This document shows positions 35,399 through 46,088 of a stretch of 52,976 nucleotides of DNA, one piece after another; the first letter of the stretch is position 1; the number at the start of each line of letters is the position of its first letter. Source of the DNA: a phage. The notes under the pieces were generated by a model. It worked only from the letters and a program-made list of their open reading frames with translations, was not told where the DNA came from and made no database searches. The stretch lies in sequence record PZ049337.1; one strand, given 5' to 3'. Both the position numbers and the translations under genes were made by a program.

Positions 35399-38300
35399 TT
35401 ATCTACGTTCCATTGCACCATTACCCATGTTGATTGTTTGGGTAACAGTTTGACCGTTCGGAGTTGACACGGTTGCAGACGCTTGCTTGTTGTTCACAGT
35501 AGCTTTGACTTCAACGTTAACTACAGTAGCCTGTGTCTGACCATAAGATAGTCCATTTCTGGTGAAGCCGGTTGCACCTTCTGCAATAGAATCGCCCTGA
35601 GAAGCCCATTCGCGGTACTTCTTGACGCGGTTCTGTGCCTGTAGAGGAACAGCATTGAGCCAGTCGGTTCCGTGTTTGTTGATAGCATCATCAACAGTTC
35701 CAGCACCATCCGTATACGCCGCCATAGCCTTCTCAGCGTCACCATTATAACGCTTGAGCATTGCATCATAGTAGTCACGACCAACGCGAGCACGTTCTTC
35801 CAGTGAGTTATCACGGGCAGGTTTAACGCCGAATCCTGGGTCACGGGAAGTTGAATCAAGAACCTGCATACGACCTTTGGCACCAGTCGGAGATGTAACC
35901 ACCGAACCATCTGCGTTCAAATCGCGGTTCCCTGACTCTTCTCCTGCGATAAAGTCGTAAACATTACGTGCTGCATCGGCTGCACCGTTGGAGGTCATAC
36001 GCATCACTCTGGCTGCGTCACCGCCTGCCTCAATAAAGGTGCTGCCGTATGAGATTGCAGCTTGCGGAACAGCGTAACCAGGCAATACCCCAGCACGCTC
36101 CGTCTGCGCAATTCCTAGCTGTGCAACGCCTTCGGCATAGTTTGAGTCAGCCCCACGCTGAACGTTCGCCTCAGCCTCGCCCATGCTGTATTCTGTGCGG
36201 TCATAGGCACGAGCCATACCGTCCAGTCCAGCCATTTGCATAGCACCAGCGATACGCGCCTGACTCCAGCCTCGTTCCTGACCACGTTCGCGCATTACCC
36301 GCGCTAAGGCTACAGGGTCGCCCTGTGCCTGCCTAATGTCGCCAATGGTGATAAGACCACGGGTTCCCTGAACAATGCTCACAGCGCCGCTGGGGTCGCC
36401 ATTTAGGAGGGTGTTATAGGCACTATGTGTGGTTTGATTCAGTCGGCTGGCTTGCTGGGAATTAAGTCCTAACATCTCCATGCCCTGAGTCATGGAAGAG
36501 TATTCGTTAGGGTTATTTACACCAGCATCTAACGAGTTTCCGTAGAAGTCATTCAGACCTTCCAGAGCTTCGTTGCCAATTTGGGTAGCACCAATAGCCA
36601 TACCAGCGACACGACCCCACGGAGTCATCATCATGGCATTCATTGCACCAGTGGATAAAGAGCCAATACTGCCGCCAGCTACGCCAGCAGCTAATGCCCC
36701 ACCCATACGACCGAAGTCATCACCAAAACTGCCACCAGCTTGCCACCCACGACGTCCACCACCGCCACCAGAACCACCACCGCTAATACCATAGCTACTA
36801 GCATCAATGTTGTCCCAGAAGCCGCCTGAGCGCCCACCGTCGCCACCACCGAAATCTGCATCCTGACCACGGAGCTTGTTCTCTTCCTGTGCTGCGAGGA
36901 TACCTTTCTTAACTGACACAGCCATCAGGTCATTGCCAGTTGTGCTATCAGCGCCCACAGCAGAGGCTGTAGCAGCACCAATTCCAGCATCGGTACGGTT
37001 TCTTAAGAACGGGTCATCATCAGTGCCAGCAGCAGCACTGTATCTTGCCATTCCACGCTTGCCAGCCGTGTATCCTTCGCCTTCCCTGTGGTCACGAGTC
37101 TGGTATCCCCAGATGCCACCACCAGACATAACTTCACGAGTTGCATTAATAAGGTCTTTGCCTTCAAGGTCAGAGCTTTCCATAAACTCACGACCAGCAT
37201 TCATGCGTGCTTGTGAAGATGCAATCTTATTCTTGTTACGTTCGAACCACGTTGGGTCAGCATCAACCCACTGGCTACGAGATTCTTCGCCAACAGTTTG
37301 AGTAAATAGGGTACGACTACGACCACTCAAATGCATACCAAGTTGCATCTGGTCCATGTAGTTCGGAGTAGATTCCAAATCTTTAAAGTCGTTTGGAGCC
37401 TTATGTTCCCACAGAGCATCATCACCAATTAATCCATCTGGCGAGTACATCATGCCAGGATAGTTATCGTTAGTGATTGCACCAGTTTCTGTTATCTCAA
37501 CCCCATACTTCTCGCCAACTCTCGGCCTGGCCCATGCCTCTAATCTGTGACCACGCTCAAAGTTCTCACGCGCTCGTGGAGAATCCTTTCTTACTGTGAG
37601 GCCAATCTTCTCGCCCATTGTATGTATTGGACTATTATTGGTTGCGGGGTTGTGGCCCAGATAATCACCAATAGTAGAGCCAGTAATATCGTACTGCTTA
37701 CGAAAATCAAGCCACTCCTGCGTACCTTGTTCGAGCGCATTGTGGTATTTAACCGAACTAGGCTGTCCAGCACCAGCACTATCGAGATTTGCAATAGCAA
37801 TAGCTTCTCTTCTATCCCTTGCAGAATTCCAACTTGTCGGTTCATTCAGATTTGCCGTAAACTCTCTGGATGTACTAAGTTCAGTAGGTCCAGTATTTCT
37901 TAAACGTTCAGCAGGGTCGAAAGTTCTGCTTACTTCTGCTTCATTATATTGGTGGGCATTCTCAAGTACACCACGAATAGATGCACCAGAGTAACGAGGG
38001 TCATCACCAATATCTTTCTTGAGGTTGTCATAACCAGAACGAGCATCTGCAAGGTCTATATAACGAGATGCAGAATCAAGAATTAAATCTCGGTCAGAAG
38101 ATTGAGTGCGATAAGCATTCATCCCTCGTTCTGAGCCACCAGCATATACCTGAGCAGCAGATTTAACTACGCCAGATACATCTTGATATAAAGATTTACT
38201 TGCATCAGACCAACCTGGAGAGCCAGATAGTGATGCAGATAAAGAGTATTCAGCCTTAATGCCAGAACCCATAGAGCCTAGAGGTAGGCCAGATGCGTTA

Positions 38301-39088
38301 AGAGGTTGGCGAGGATGTTGAATATCACCAACAATAGACTCGGAACCAAGTTGAGGAAGAGAATCCATGTATGAAACTCTTGGCCCCGACTTATTACCTA
38401 CATTCATTGCAGATACGGCAGCAACTTCACGGAAGTTTTGCGGCAATTCTGATTCTAAACGTTTGGCTACACGATAAACATCTCGTGCATAGCGGTCTGG
38501 GTCGTCATATTGTTGACGGTCAACATACATATGAGCTAGGTAGCCCATAGATTTGGCAATATCTCCACGGTTTGTGGAATATTCACCCATAATATCGCCA
38601 GTGTAATGCCCAGGAAGTTCCGGCATTATATCTTGATGACCTGCCAGCGTATCACGCATGTACGCATTAAGCATTCCCCAATGGCCTTCTGGCTTGTTTG
38701 TGTTTGCTTTAGGCATGTGCATCCACACATCATCGGTGGATACACCTAATTTCTCCATGTAGGCATGAACAGCTTCTACATGGTGACTTGGACCGTTCAT
38801 TGCAGCATGGAATGTTTCAGTCAGCCCAGCACCAGAAATCATCTGTGCAATGTGAGCTGAATCTGAAATCATGTCGGAAGTACCATAAGAGATGCCATCA
38901 TCTTCTGTGTAGGTTTCTTCCATAAGCTGTGAATTTGTTTCCATCCAACCAGAGGCAGCACTTGATTCAAGTTGCTGTGCCATATCTCGTTTGCGCATAC
39001 CTGGATTGAATGACAGACCATATTGAGCGCCTAAGCCAATCAATTCGGCTTCGGACATTCTCATCAAATCTTTTATGTTATTAGCCAT
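35399..39088 (-). CDS. tail tape measure protein with lytic transglycosylase (SLT) domain
   Basis: 1229 aa; long Gly-rich tract; SLT-like AGEESGNRDLNADGSVVTSPTGAKGRMQV and following YYDAMLKRYNG...AYTDGAG. Confidence 0.75.
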   Translation of the reverse strand: MANNIKDLMRMSEAELIGLGAQYGLSFNPGMRKRDMAQQLESSAASGWMETNSQLMEETYTEDDGISYGTSDMISDSAHIAQMISGAGLTETFHAAMNGPSHHVEAVHAYMEKLGVSTDDVWMHMPKANTNKPEGHWGMLNAYMRDTLAGHQDIMPELPGHYTGDIMGEYSTNRGDIAKSMGYLAHMYVDRQQYDDPDRYARDVYRVAKRLESELPQNFREVAAVSAMNVGNKSGPRVSYMDSLPQLGSESIVGDIQHPRQPLNASGLPLGSMGSGIKAEYSLSASLSGSPGWSDASKSLYQDVSGVVKSAAQVYAGGSERGMNAYRTQSSDRDLILDSASRYIDLADARSGYDNLKKDIGDDPRYSGASIRGVLENAHQYNEAEVSRTFDPAERLRNTGPTELSTSREFTANLNEPTSWNSARDRREAIAIANLDSAGAGQPSSVKYHNALEQGTQEWLDFRKQYDITGSTIGDYLGHNPATNNSPIHTMGEKIGLTVRKDSPRARENFERGHRLEAWARPRVGEKYGVEITETGAITNDNYPGMMYSPDGLIGDDALWEHKAPNDFKDLESTPNYMDQMQLGMHLSGRSRTLFTQTVGEESRSQWVDADPTWFERNKNKIASSQARMNAGREFMESSDLEGKDLINATREVMSGGGIWGYQTRDHREGEGYTAGKRGMARYSAAAGTDDDPFLRNRTDAGIGAATASAVGADSTTGNDLMAVSVKKGILAAQEENKLRGQDADFGGGDGGRSGGFWDNIDASSYGISGGGSGGGGGRRGWQAGGSFGDDFGRMGGALAAGVAGGSIGSLSTGAMNAMMMTPWGRVAGMAIGATQIGNEALEGLNDFYGNSLDAGVNNPNEYSSMTQGMEMLGLNSQQASRLNQTTHSAYNTLLNGDPSGAVSIVQGTRGLITIGDIRQAQGDPVALARVMRERGQERGWSQARIAGAMQMAGLDGMARAYDRTEYSMGEAEANVQRGADSNYAEGVAQLGIAQTERAGVLPGYAVPQAAISYGSTFIEAGGDAARVMRMTSNGAADAARNVYDFIAGEESGNRDLNADGSVVTSPTGAKGRMQVLDSTSRDPGFGVKPARDNSLEERARVGRDYYDAMLKRYNGDAEKAMAAYTDGAGTVDDAINKHGTDWLNAVPLQAQNRVKKYREWASQGDSIAEGATGFTRNGLSYGQTQATVVNVEVKATVNNKQASATVSTPNGQTVTQTINMGNGAMERR

Positions 39089-39359
39089 TGTCTTCTTCTT
39101 TAGGTTTTAATTCGTTACGCAAATCGAGTATTGCGTGGAAGGTCAACAAATCCATAATAGAGTAGGTCCCATCTTGTAACTCTTTAAGAGAACAGAGTGA
39201 ACTGTCCTCTATTACAGGACGGTGCAAGAAGTATTTTATTTCCGGGAACTTTGCAGTTAAATCGTTTCCGGACTCGAATTCTTCTGCTCGGCCATCTTGG
39301 ATGCTTCCACCGCCTCCAATCGTCTGCGTTCGTTGAGTTCGAGCCCTTGCTTGAAAAAA
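39081..39359 (-). CDS. -1 frameshift extension of the tail assembly chaperone (G-T type)
   Basis: Slippery heptamer T_TTT_TTC at 39353-39359 (codons D119-F120-F121); the -1 frame is closed by TGA immediately before it and then open for 92 codons to a TAA overlapping the tape measure ATG. Confidence 0.5.
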   Translation of the reverse strand, partial: FFQARARTQRTQTIGGGGSIQDGRAEEFESGNDLTAKFPEIKYFLHRPVIEDSSLCSLKELQDGTYSIMDLLTFHAILDLRNELKPKEEDNG

Positions 39360-39715
39360 TCAAGGAAGTTCGATTCCAAAACAAATGCAAACACATGGTG
39401 CATGAGCATCAAGTTGCCGTTGTATTTCATTTGCATAGTGCGTGGAGTAACTTCGACACCATCAATGGTTGCCATGCACACTACACGTTTAATTAATTCT
39501 GTTACTTCGTTACTCGTCCCACCTTGCTGCATTAAATAAATAATGTCTGCAAAGTTATATTTATTCTCAACGAACGGGAAGATTGAAGTTCCGAGTTTCT
39601 GAACAAGCTCGACTTGAAGGTCAAGAGCTTGGCTGGCACCCAATTGACGAGTACCAACCAAGACAACATCACCAGAGTCGGCTTGTAACTCGCGTTGACG
39701 AAGTTCACAAGCCAT
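39257..39715 (-). CDS. tail assembly chaperone
   Basis: 152 aa between tube and tape measure; contains the slippery site. Confidence 0.55.
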   Translation of the reverse strand: MACELRQRELQADSGDVVLVGTRQLGASQALDLQVELVQKLGTSIFPFVENKYNFADIIYLMQQGGTSNEVTELIKRVVCMATIDGVEVTPRTMQMKYNGNLMLMHHVFAFVLESNFLDFFKQGLELNERRRLEAVEASKMAEQKNSSPETI

Positions 39716-39730
39716 GCTCTTACCTTAATG

Positions 39731-40186
39731 TTATACGCCGATTTCTGGATACTGACCAGTTACGATGGTGAGGCGCTCTACAAAGATAGCCCACATGTTG
39801 GATGTAAAGGTTACACCACGAACAATAGCAGGCTGTTGTAGGATTGCACCGTTAACACCGTTAACCAGAACGTCACCCATCTTATCCACCAACTGAATCT
39901 GCAAAGGTTCCCACAGAGATTTGTTACCAGACAGGCCAGTTGCACGAGTAAGCTGTGCACGTTGATACAGAATTTCGTTCCAGTCTGCCGTTTGCAGCAG
40001 GGGGAAAGTAATAACCCCCGACTGGTCAGCAGTGGTTGCTACAGCAAGTTTACCGTAAGCATCCATTACAGGAACATGTTGTGGCACGTTGTAGCGTGCC
40101 GTAATTACAGATTGCCCTGCCTGAAAACCGTCTACACGAGCACCGTCAATCAGGAGGTCTGTATTATAAAACGAATATTGCTTCAC
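39731..40186 (-). CDS. tail tube protein
   Basis: 151 aa immediately downstream of the sheath gene. Confidence 0.55.
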   Translation of the reverse strand: MKQYSFYNTDLLIDGARVDGFQAGQSVITARYNVPQHVPVMDAYGKLAVATTADQSGVITFPLLQTADWNEILYQRAQLTRATGLSGNKSLWEPLQIQLVDKMGDVLVNGVNGAILQQPAIVRGVTFTSNMWAIFVERLTIVTGQYPEIGV

Positions 40187-40195
40187 TGTTCACCC

Positions 40196-41644
40196 TTACT
40201 GAATGAAGTTGCCAGAGATTACAGCACCCTGGATTGCACCGGAACCGATAGCAATAAAGGAAGTACCTTCCCAAATACGTTCACCCTTCTGCGACTGCAA
40301 GAGTTCTAACGGGGTGGAGATAACTTTGTAGCCTTCTGGGTAGAAGACGCCTTCGTTATCGTAGCCAGGGGCAATGAGGCCGTTAGTCTTGGCGAGTTCG
40401 AGCGCCAGGGTTACTTGTTGGTTAACCATCGCTACACCAGTGTCCGTCCAAGGAATCTTAGTATTGGAGGTGTAGAACAAGTTGAACACATTCAGTCGAA
40501 CTTTCTGGGTAAGCCATTCAACACCCTGTACGGAGTCGAACCATGTGCCATCAGCCATACGACCGTTGTAGAACATCACGTTGCCAGCAACAGAAATGAA
40601 TGCGTTACCACCACAAGAAAGCAGTGCACTTAACTGGCCAGAAGACAGGTCAGCAGTGGAAATACCTGGACCTTTCTTGTATGCCAGAATAAGAACAGAG
40701 TTTGCAACGTTAAAGTTGACAGTTGATGCACGACCCAGGATAGAAATTTCCGGATATTCGTCACCATTTGCAGAAGCATCGTAAACACACAGAGTGTTAC
40801 GCAGGTTCTGGTTCTTAGCACGACGGAAGCTGTTATCAGTACCGTTGATAAGAATGTTCTTGTCGTTATCGCCCCAGCCAAATACTTTGCTGGATGCTTC
40901 ACACCACTTCGCCACAGACATTTGGTTGTCTACTGGAGCAGACTTGCCACGATACTTGCGGTCAAGACCTACATAGAAGAAGTTAAATGGGGCATCTACA
41001 ATAGCAGCCAGGTCAGAGGAAATAGACAACTCGTTCTTGCCACCAACAATGACTGCACTGTCGGAAGATTGCAGCTTCAACACTTCCCCAACTTTACCAC
41101 CAACGTTGCTGATAGTTGCGTTAGCGCCAGTTGCAGAAGTAGTCAGCTTAAACTTGCCAGCATCTTGAGTAACAGTTACGCCAGCACCAGCAGAAGACAG
41201 TGCAGTAGTTACCAGAGTTGCAACTTCTTCAAAGTCTCCAGCAGAGGAGAAGTTAATCGGGTCAGTGACATACTGAACACCACTAACACTCAGCTGTAGG
41301 GTTGCAGCAGTTTCCAGCTTAATCGTTGACAGTACACCAGCAGATGCAGCAGTGACAGTGGCAGGAGTTGCTGGAGTCATTGTATCATTCTTGATAGCGC
41401 CGACCAGGAAAGTCTTCGGAGTTGGCTTCTGCGAGTACCAAGTGGTAGCAGCTTTAGCAATCTCACCACCAGGGAAGTCTGCAAGAACTTCTTTCAAGCT
41501 GGTGTAAGAGCGAACCGGATATACATCAACGGTTGGTACAAACTCTTTGCTCAGGAAGAGCAACGGCCCAAAACCATCAGTCGCAATGGCGTTCGGGGAG
41601 ATTGCGATATCAACCTGAACTAAGTCAGAAATTGGGATTGACAT
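40196..41644 (-). CDS. contractile tail sheath protein
   Basis: 482 aa, Ala/Thr/Ser-rich; sheath-tube-chaperone-tape measure order. Confidence 0.65.
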   Translation of the reverse strand: MSIPISDLVQVDIAISPNAIATDGFGPLLFLSKEFVPTVDVYPVRSYTSLKEVLADFPGGEIAKAATTWYSQKPTPKTFLVGAIKNDTMTPATPATVTAASAGVLSTIKLETAATLQLSVSGVQYVTDPINFSSAGDFEEVATLVTTALSSAGAGVTVTQDAGKFKLTTSATGANATISNVGGKVGEVLKLQSSDSAVIVGGKNELSISSDLAAIVDAPFNFFYVGLDRKYRGKSAPVDNQMSVAKWCEASSKVFGWGDNDKNILINGTDNSFRRAKNQNLRNTLCVYDASANGDEYPEISILGRASTVNFNVANSVLILAYKKGPGISTADLSSGQLSALLSCGGNAFISVAGNVMFYNGRMADGTWFDSVQGVEWLTQKVRLNVFNLFYTSNTKIPWTDTGVAMVNQQVTLALELAKTNGLIAPGYDNEGVFYPEGYKVISTPLELLQSQKGERIWEGTSFIAIGSGAIQGAVISGNFIQ

Positions 41645-41646
41645 TA

Positions 41647-42165
41647 TTAAACCTTTTTGGTTGTGATAAGTGTATTACCATCATAGAAGTTGCCACCAAC
41701 ATATGCGCCAGACATGACTCCGACAGGACTCAAATCTTCACGAATGATATTGAATTGCATTTTAACCGCTTGGCGAACTTCCCAATTGGTTTCCATTTGT
41801 ATGGTGGCAAGATTTAAAGGTTCTTTACCAAGAGCAGCAAACTTTTCCTGCTTCAATTTGGCTTGAACATCGGGACGGTAAAACGAATTATCAAACTTGA
41901 TAAATTCATCACCCTCACGAGAAAACATTATTGCAAATGTCAGAATACGAACACCACGAGTACGGAATACCTCTTCGCCATTAATGGTTACTATCCTGTT
42001 CTCGTCAAAGCCTGGGTTGGTGCTTGATAAACATTTGATTGCAGCATACTCACCATGGGGTCGGGGAGCGTTAATCTGCATGTTGTAGGTAAACTTTGGA
42101 ATACCTACACACACATCTACAATCTCTTTCATGGATTGTAGTTCTTCGAGTCGAATATCCATCAC
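41647..42165 (-). CDS. tail completion / sheath-initiation protein (by position)
   Basis: 172 aa directly upstream of sheath. Confidence 0.35.
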   Translation of the reverse strand: MMDIRLEELQSMKEIVDVCVGIPKFTYNMQINAPRPHGEYAAIKCLSSTNPGFDENRIVTINGEEVFRTRGVRILTFAIMFSREGDEFIKFDNSFYRPDVQAKLKQEKFAALGKEPLNLATIQMETNWEVRQAVKMQFNIIREDLSPVGVMSGAYVGGNFYDGNTLITTKKV

Positions 42166-42578
42166 TTCTCCAATACGCGAGCGGCAATTACAGAGAAGAA
42201 TCCGGCATCTTCATAGTCGTTTATTGCTATAACTTTATACTGAATGCCATAAACAGTGATGATTGATTTCATCGGCATCTCAGTACGACTATGAATCTTC
42301 ATGAATGATGGTTGACGCTCTCCAACATCCGTTGCTTTAAGCTGTTGACCAGCTACACCCGAATCCCTGTCTCCATATGCAATGGGAGTACAGCGGAACT
42401 TCTTCGGGGGTTCCCAAGAGTCTTCCACCCAATTATTAAGATTGTCATAATGACCTTCTACATATACTGCAAGGGTAGGACGACTAGTGGTTGTGTATTT
42501 GTTGAAAGCTAAGCGTTGATTAATCAAAACTGGGACCCAGGACTTACCCTCGGCCCAGCAAATGCCATGCGCCGCCAT
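42162..42578 (-). CDS. head-tail connector / neck protein (by position)
   Basis: 138 aa in connector block. Confidence 0.35.
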   Translation of the reverse strand: MAAHGICWAEGKSWVPVLINQRLAFNKYTTTSRPTLAVYVEGHYDNLNNWVEDSWEPPKKFRCTPIAYGDRDSGVAGQQLKATDVGERQPSFMKIHSRTEMPMKSIITVYGIQYKVIAINDYEDAGFFSVIAARVLEK

Positions 42579-42913
42579 TGCAAATAACGTTGACCGTACA
42601 CGGTTGACATGAAATCAGCTTCGATATATGGAATAGTCGAAATGATTCGGTCGCTAAACTCTACCTGCACATCGTCCACATCGGTACGACTTACAGGCAT
42701 AGCTGGCATTGCGGCATCACCAGGCATTATGTCATCAATTGTTGAAGACCAATGCGCGACAAGTGATGCCATAGCTGGGTCATAAAACCCACACCAACGC
42801 GATTCGATTGTACCCATAACAAGTTTTGCATCTTCAACTAAGATATCAAAACGGCCTTGGGTCATGTCAGCCATAGCCGGATAACGTTTCACCAAATCGG
42901 TCAGTGTAATCAT
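42524..42913 (-). CDS. head-tail adaptor protein (by position)
   Basis: 129 aa in connector block. Confidence 0.35.
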   Translation of the reverse strand: MITLTDLVKRYPAMADMTQGRFDILVEDAKLVMGTIESRWCGFYDPAMASLVAHWSSTIDDIMPGDAAMPAMPVSRTDVDDVQVEFSDRIISTIPYIEADFMSTVYGQRYLQWRRMAFAGPRVSPGSQF

Positions 42914-43353
42914 TATGCCAACTTATCGTAGAGAGCCAGTTTAACGTCTTCCGGCATACCCTTAATATCAATACCATTCTTAGTCAGAATAGCATCAATG
43001 TCAGGCATACCAACTTTCACACGTTCAACAATGGTAAGAGAACCAGCTTTGATTGCTTCTTTAACCAGGTTGACTTTGCGAGTTTTACCAGTGCTGTAAT
43101 ACTCCTTGATAACCAGAGCTTCTTTACCAGTCTTAACAGAAGCACCGATATTCTCGTCATCAAGTTGAACCACTTCTTCGCGCAGTTCTTCAACTTCCGT
43201 CATGGACTCTGTAAGGGACTTGTAAACTTCGTCATCAATTTCTACAGTTGCGCCACCAGGAATGTGAACAAAGTCTAGTTCAGATTTGCCAGACTTCCCT
43301 TTCTTATAGAAGAAGAATTGAAGGTTGCGGGATTCGTTGTTCTTAATCTGCAT
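42913..43353 (-). CDS. hypothetical structural protein downstream of the capsid gene
   Basis: 146 aa. Confidence 0.35.
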   Translation of the reverse strand: MQIKNNESRNLQFFFYKKGKSGKSELDFVHIPGGATVEIDDEVYKSLTESMTEVEELREEVVQLDDENIGASVKTGKEALVIKEYYSTGKTRKVNLVKEAIKAGSLTIVERVKVGMPDIDAILTKNGIDIKGMPEDVKLALYDKLA

Positions 43354-43400
43354 TACTATTTCTCTTAAGTTGTGGGCGAGAATAGTCCCGCCCTGTTTTA

Positions 43401-44408
43401 TTAGATGCCGGAGTTGATGGAGATTGCTGCCGGATACATCACCTGGAAGCCGGCGAAACGACCACGGCCAGGTACTTCATAAATCAGGCCATGAAGCTGT
43501 ACTGGTTGCCAGGTCAGTGGCAGAGGCTCACGCAGACGGAAGGTACGGTTGCCCATTGCATTGCGGCAAACAACAACGAAGCAATCAGAGCCAGAATTGC
43601 CATGACCTTTGATTGCGTTCAGACCCTTGATTTTATCGCGGGAGTTGATGAACTGGTTGTTGTCAATGAAGAACTGACCAATCGTCTTATCAGACTGCTC
43701 AGAACGTGCAGTGTTGAAGATGTACTGCTCATGCTCAACAGGCATCCAGATTTCATCAGGGCGCATGATTTTCAGAGTAGAGGCATACATTGCAGACACA
43801 GCAGCAGTCAGGTCGGCAATAACTTCGGTCGGAGTCTTCTCGGCCCACTTGGTAGACTTGCCAGCACCCTGAGCAACAGTTGCTTTGGTAATGTCTGGGT
43901 TTTCGAAGAAGCCAACAAAGCCGTTAGCTTTATCACCGTACCATGCAGCAGAGTTGACATACTGCTCGTAACCACGGATAGCAGCATTTGCTTTACGGGT
44001 TTCCAGCGGGAGGCCAGTAACAGCAGCAGACGCTACTTCATCAATGTCGTAATCGAATGCAGTACCAACTGATTTAACAGGGATGCTGTATTCTTTGCCA
44101 GAAATGCTGGACTTCGGAAGGTCGGTTGCACGGGCGTTAATCACCTGAGCTTTACCAACATGGTTGTAAGAACGGTAGGTCAGGGTGTTTACGCCAGCGC
44201 CGCCAGTGGTGTCCACGCCGAAAGCAGCACGCGCTTCCAGTTCAGGGTACAGGGTGTCGTAAGTTTGAGCTTCAATGAACTCAAGCTGACGTTGAAAGAA
44301 CACTGCGTCGTCGTCATTCAAAACAACGGTGCCAGAGTCCTGGATACGGGTGATGGCATCATTCAGTTCAAATTCAGAACCGTCGGCCAGTTTAATCATC
44401 TTTGGCAT
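43401..44408 (-). CDS. major capsid protein
   Basis: 335 aa after protease/scaffold and a small structural protein; assignment by size and gene order. Confidence 0.6.
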   Translation of the reverse strand: MPKMIKLADGSEFELNDAITRIQDSGTVVLNDDDAVFFQRQLEFIEAQTYDTLYPELEARAAFGVDTTGGAGVNTLTYRSYNHVGKAQVINARATDLPKSSISGKEYSIPVKSVGTAFDYDIDEVASAAVTGLPLETRKANAAIRGYEQYVNSAAWYGDKANGFVGFFENPDITKATVAQGAGKSTKWAEKTPTEVIADLTAAVSAMYASTLKIMRPDEIWMPVEHEQYIFNTARSEQSDKTIGQFFIDNNQFINSRDKIKGLNAIKGHGNSGSDCFVVVCRNAMGNRTFRLREPLPLTWQPVQLHGLIYEVPGRGRFAGFQVMYPAAISINSGI

Positions 44409-44572
44409 TAAATTTATTCCATTAGGCGCAGATTATTCTACGCCAATTAAACTTAAGGGTGCGTAATGGTGATTGCTTTAGTAGCAGTTACACCAGATGC
44501 AGTCTTATGTAAACAGTTTATCAACAGTCACAGCCGCCGCTACCGCAGTAACGGTCGGTGCTGGAGGTGGCG

Positions 44573-45046
44573 TTACGACTTTGGGACTACGTTAATCATG
44601 ACTGGGACAACATCACCAGCGGAAGCCGGATAACGCAGGGCAGTCAGGTTGGTTGCCTTAGTATACCCAGAACCAACGCCACCAAATTCACCTTTAGGGG
44701 ATACGCCAATGTTCTTGTCGGTGATTGCGGTTTTCAGTTTGACCATGATTGGGCCAGACAGCATAACACCCAGAGGCCAGCCAGCTTTAATTGCAACAGT
44801 GCCGTCACCAGGACGAGTTGCGGATTCGATGTTAATCTGGCGCATAGTGATGCCCAGAACAGTACCGTCGACACCAATACCAGGCTTAACCTGATTGGAA
44901 GCAGTACCCTGAACAACAGCTAAACCAAAGTTAGCCATTTCAGTTTCAGCATTGAAAGTCAGGCGCTGAGAGTTGGTGGTAGCCAGGCCATATTGCTCGC
45001 CCGCATATGCTTCACCAGTATTAATAGACCAATCTTGCTTTGGCAT
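44573..45046 (-). CDS. head structural/decoration-like protein
   Basis: 157 aa Gly/Thr-rich, between scaffold and capsid genes. Confidence 0.4.
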   Translation of the reverse strand: MPKQDWSINTGEAYAGEQYGLATTNSQRLTFNAETEMANFGLAVVQGTASNQVKPGIGVDGTVLGITMRQINIESATRPGDGTVAIKAGWPLGVMLSGPIMVKLKTAITDKNIGVSPKGEFGGVGSGYTKATNLTALRYPASAGDVVPVMINVVPKS

Positions 45047-45055
45047 TGTCTTACC

Positions 45056-46006
45056 TTATAAAGAGTTGAAGCGTTCTAAACGACGTTTGTTAGCTTCTTC
45101 GGAAATAGAAACTTTAGGCTTACGAGCTTCTGAATCTTTCTTAGCAGTGAATTGCATAGATTGGTTCAGGGCATCACCCAAAGTAATGGAATCACAATCT
45201 TCAAGTGCTGCATCGAAACGAGCGGAGATATAATCTTCACTCTTATCGCTGAAATCCTTGTCATGCAATTTATTAACTACAGCCAACTTAACTTCTGAAT
45301 CGGACTTGCCGGAGAAATCAAGACTGGAGAACTCGTCGCCAAGACGGGCCACATCAATGAGCAATGCTGTACGAGCAACAACACGTTTGTCTACCTCAGC
45401 CTGAATGGCTTCATCGGATAGTCGTGCAGTTTCTGCATCAGCAAGTTTCTGCTCAAGGGTGGTAATCTTGTCGAGCGCTGCATCACGCTCTGCTTCAACA
45501 ACATCAAAGGTTGCTTTATCAACAATGGAAATCTCTTCACCAGAGTCACCAATGCGAGTAGTCTGAGCACGACCACGAACAACAATTGCAGCATGGTTAG
45601 GGATAATACGAACTTTGTCGAAGTCTGCATCAGCATCTTCTGCAACAGCCAGTTCGGCATTATGGCCCAGAGAGATTTGGTCAACGCCAGAATCAACTAA
45701 TCGAATGGCTTGCTCGTCATTCAAAACGATTGATGCAGCCAAGAAAGAGCCGTCTGCAATTGGACGACCTTCGATAAACCCTTTCTGGAGTTCTTTGTTG
45801 TTCTTGATATTGACGTCATCTTTTGGATGACCGATAGTAACCGGAATTGAGCGACAACCTTCAATGGTTGCTTCATCAAATAATACTTCCGGCTTGGTGC
45901 GAACACGGCAAATAGATTCTGGGTCCAGATGTTTTGCAATGTCACCAAGTTCTTTCGCTTTGTACAGCATAATGCCAGTACGAGCGATGGTGCATTCTGC
46001 AATCAT
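45056..46006 (-). CDS. prohead protease / scaffolding protein
   Basis: Track ORF 45056..46297 overlaps the portal by about 200 nt; I prefer ATG at 46006 (MIAECTIARTG...). Acidic coiled-coil C-terminal half suggests scaffold. Start and function uncertain. Confidence 0.45.
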   Translation of the reverse strand: MIAECTIARTGIMLYKAKELGDIAKHLDPESICRVRTKPEVLFDEATIEGCRSIPVTIGHPKDDVNIKNNKELQKGFIEGRPIADGSFLAASIVLNDEQAIRLVDSGVDQISLGHNAELAVAEDADADFDKVRIIPNHAAIVVRGRAQTTRIGDSGEEISIVDKATFDVVEAERDAALDKITTLEQKLADAETARLSDEAIQAEVDKRVVARTALLIDVARLGDEFSSLDFSGKSDSEVKLAVVNKLHDKDFSDKSEDYISARFDAALEDCDSITLGDALNQSMQFTAKKDSEARKPKVSISEEANKRRLERFNSL

Positions 46007-46088
46007 TTCGCCAGAGTCACGTAAACGACGGGTCGTCAGAGTAGCCTTGTCGGTTAACAAAACTACTTCATTCACGGTATCTTCGTCG

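Noticed and set aside
39184-39396. 70-aa ORF overlapping the 3' end of the tail chaperone gene
   Set aside because: It is in the +1 frame and has a low-complexity basic sequence. The -1 frame, open from the slippery heptamer to the tape measure start, is the better explanation for coding potential here.
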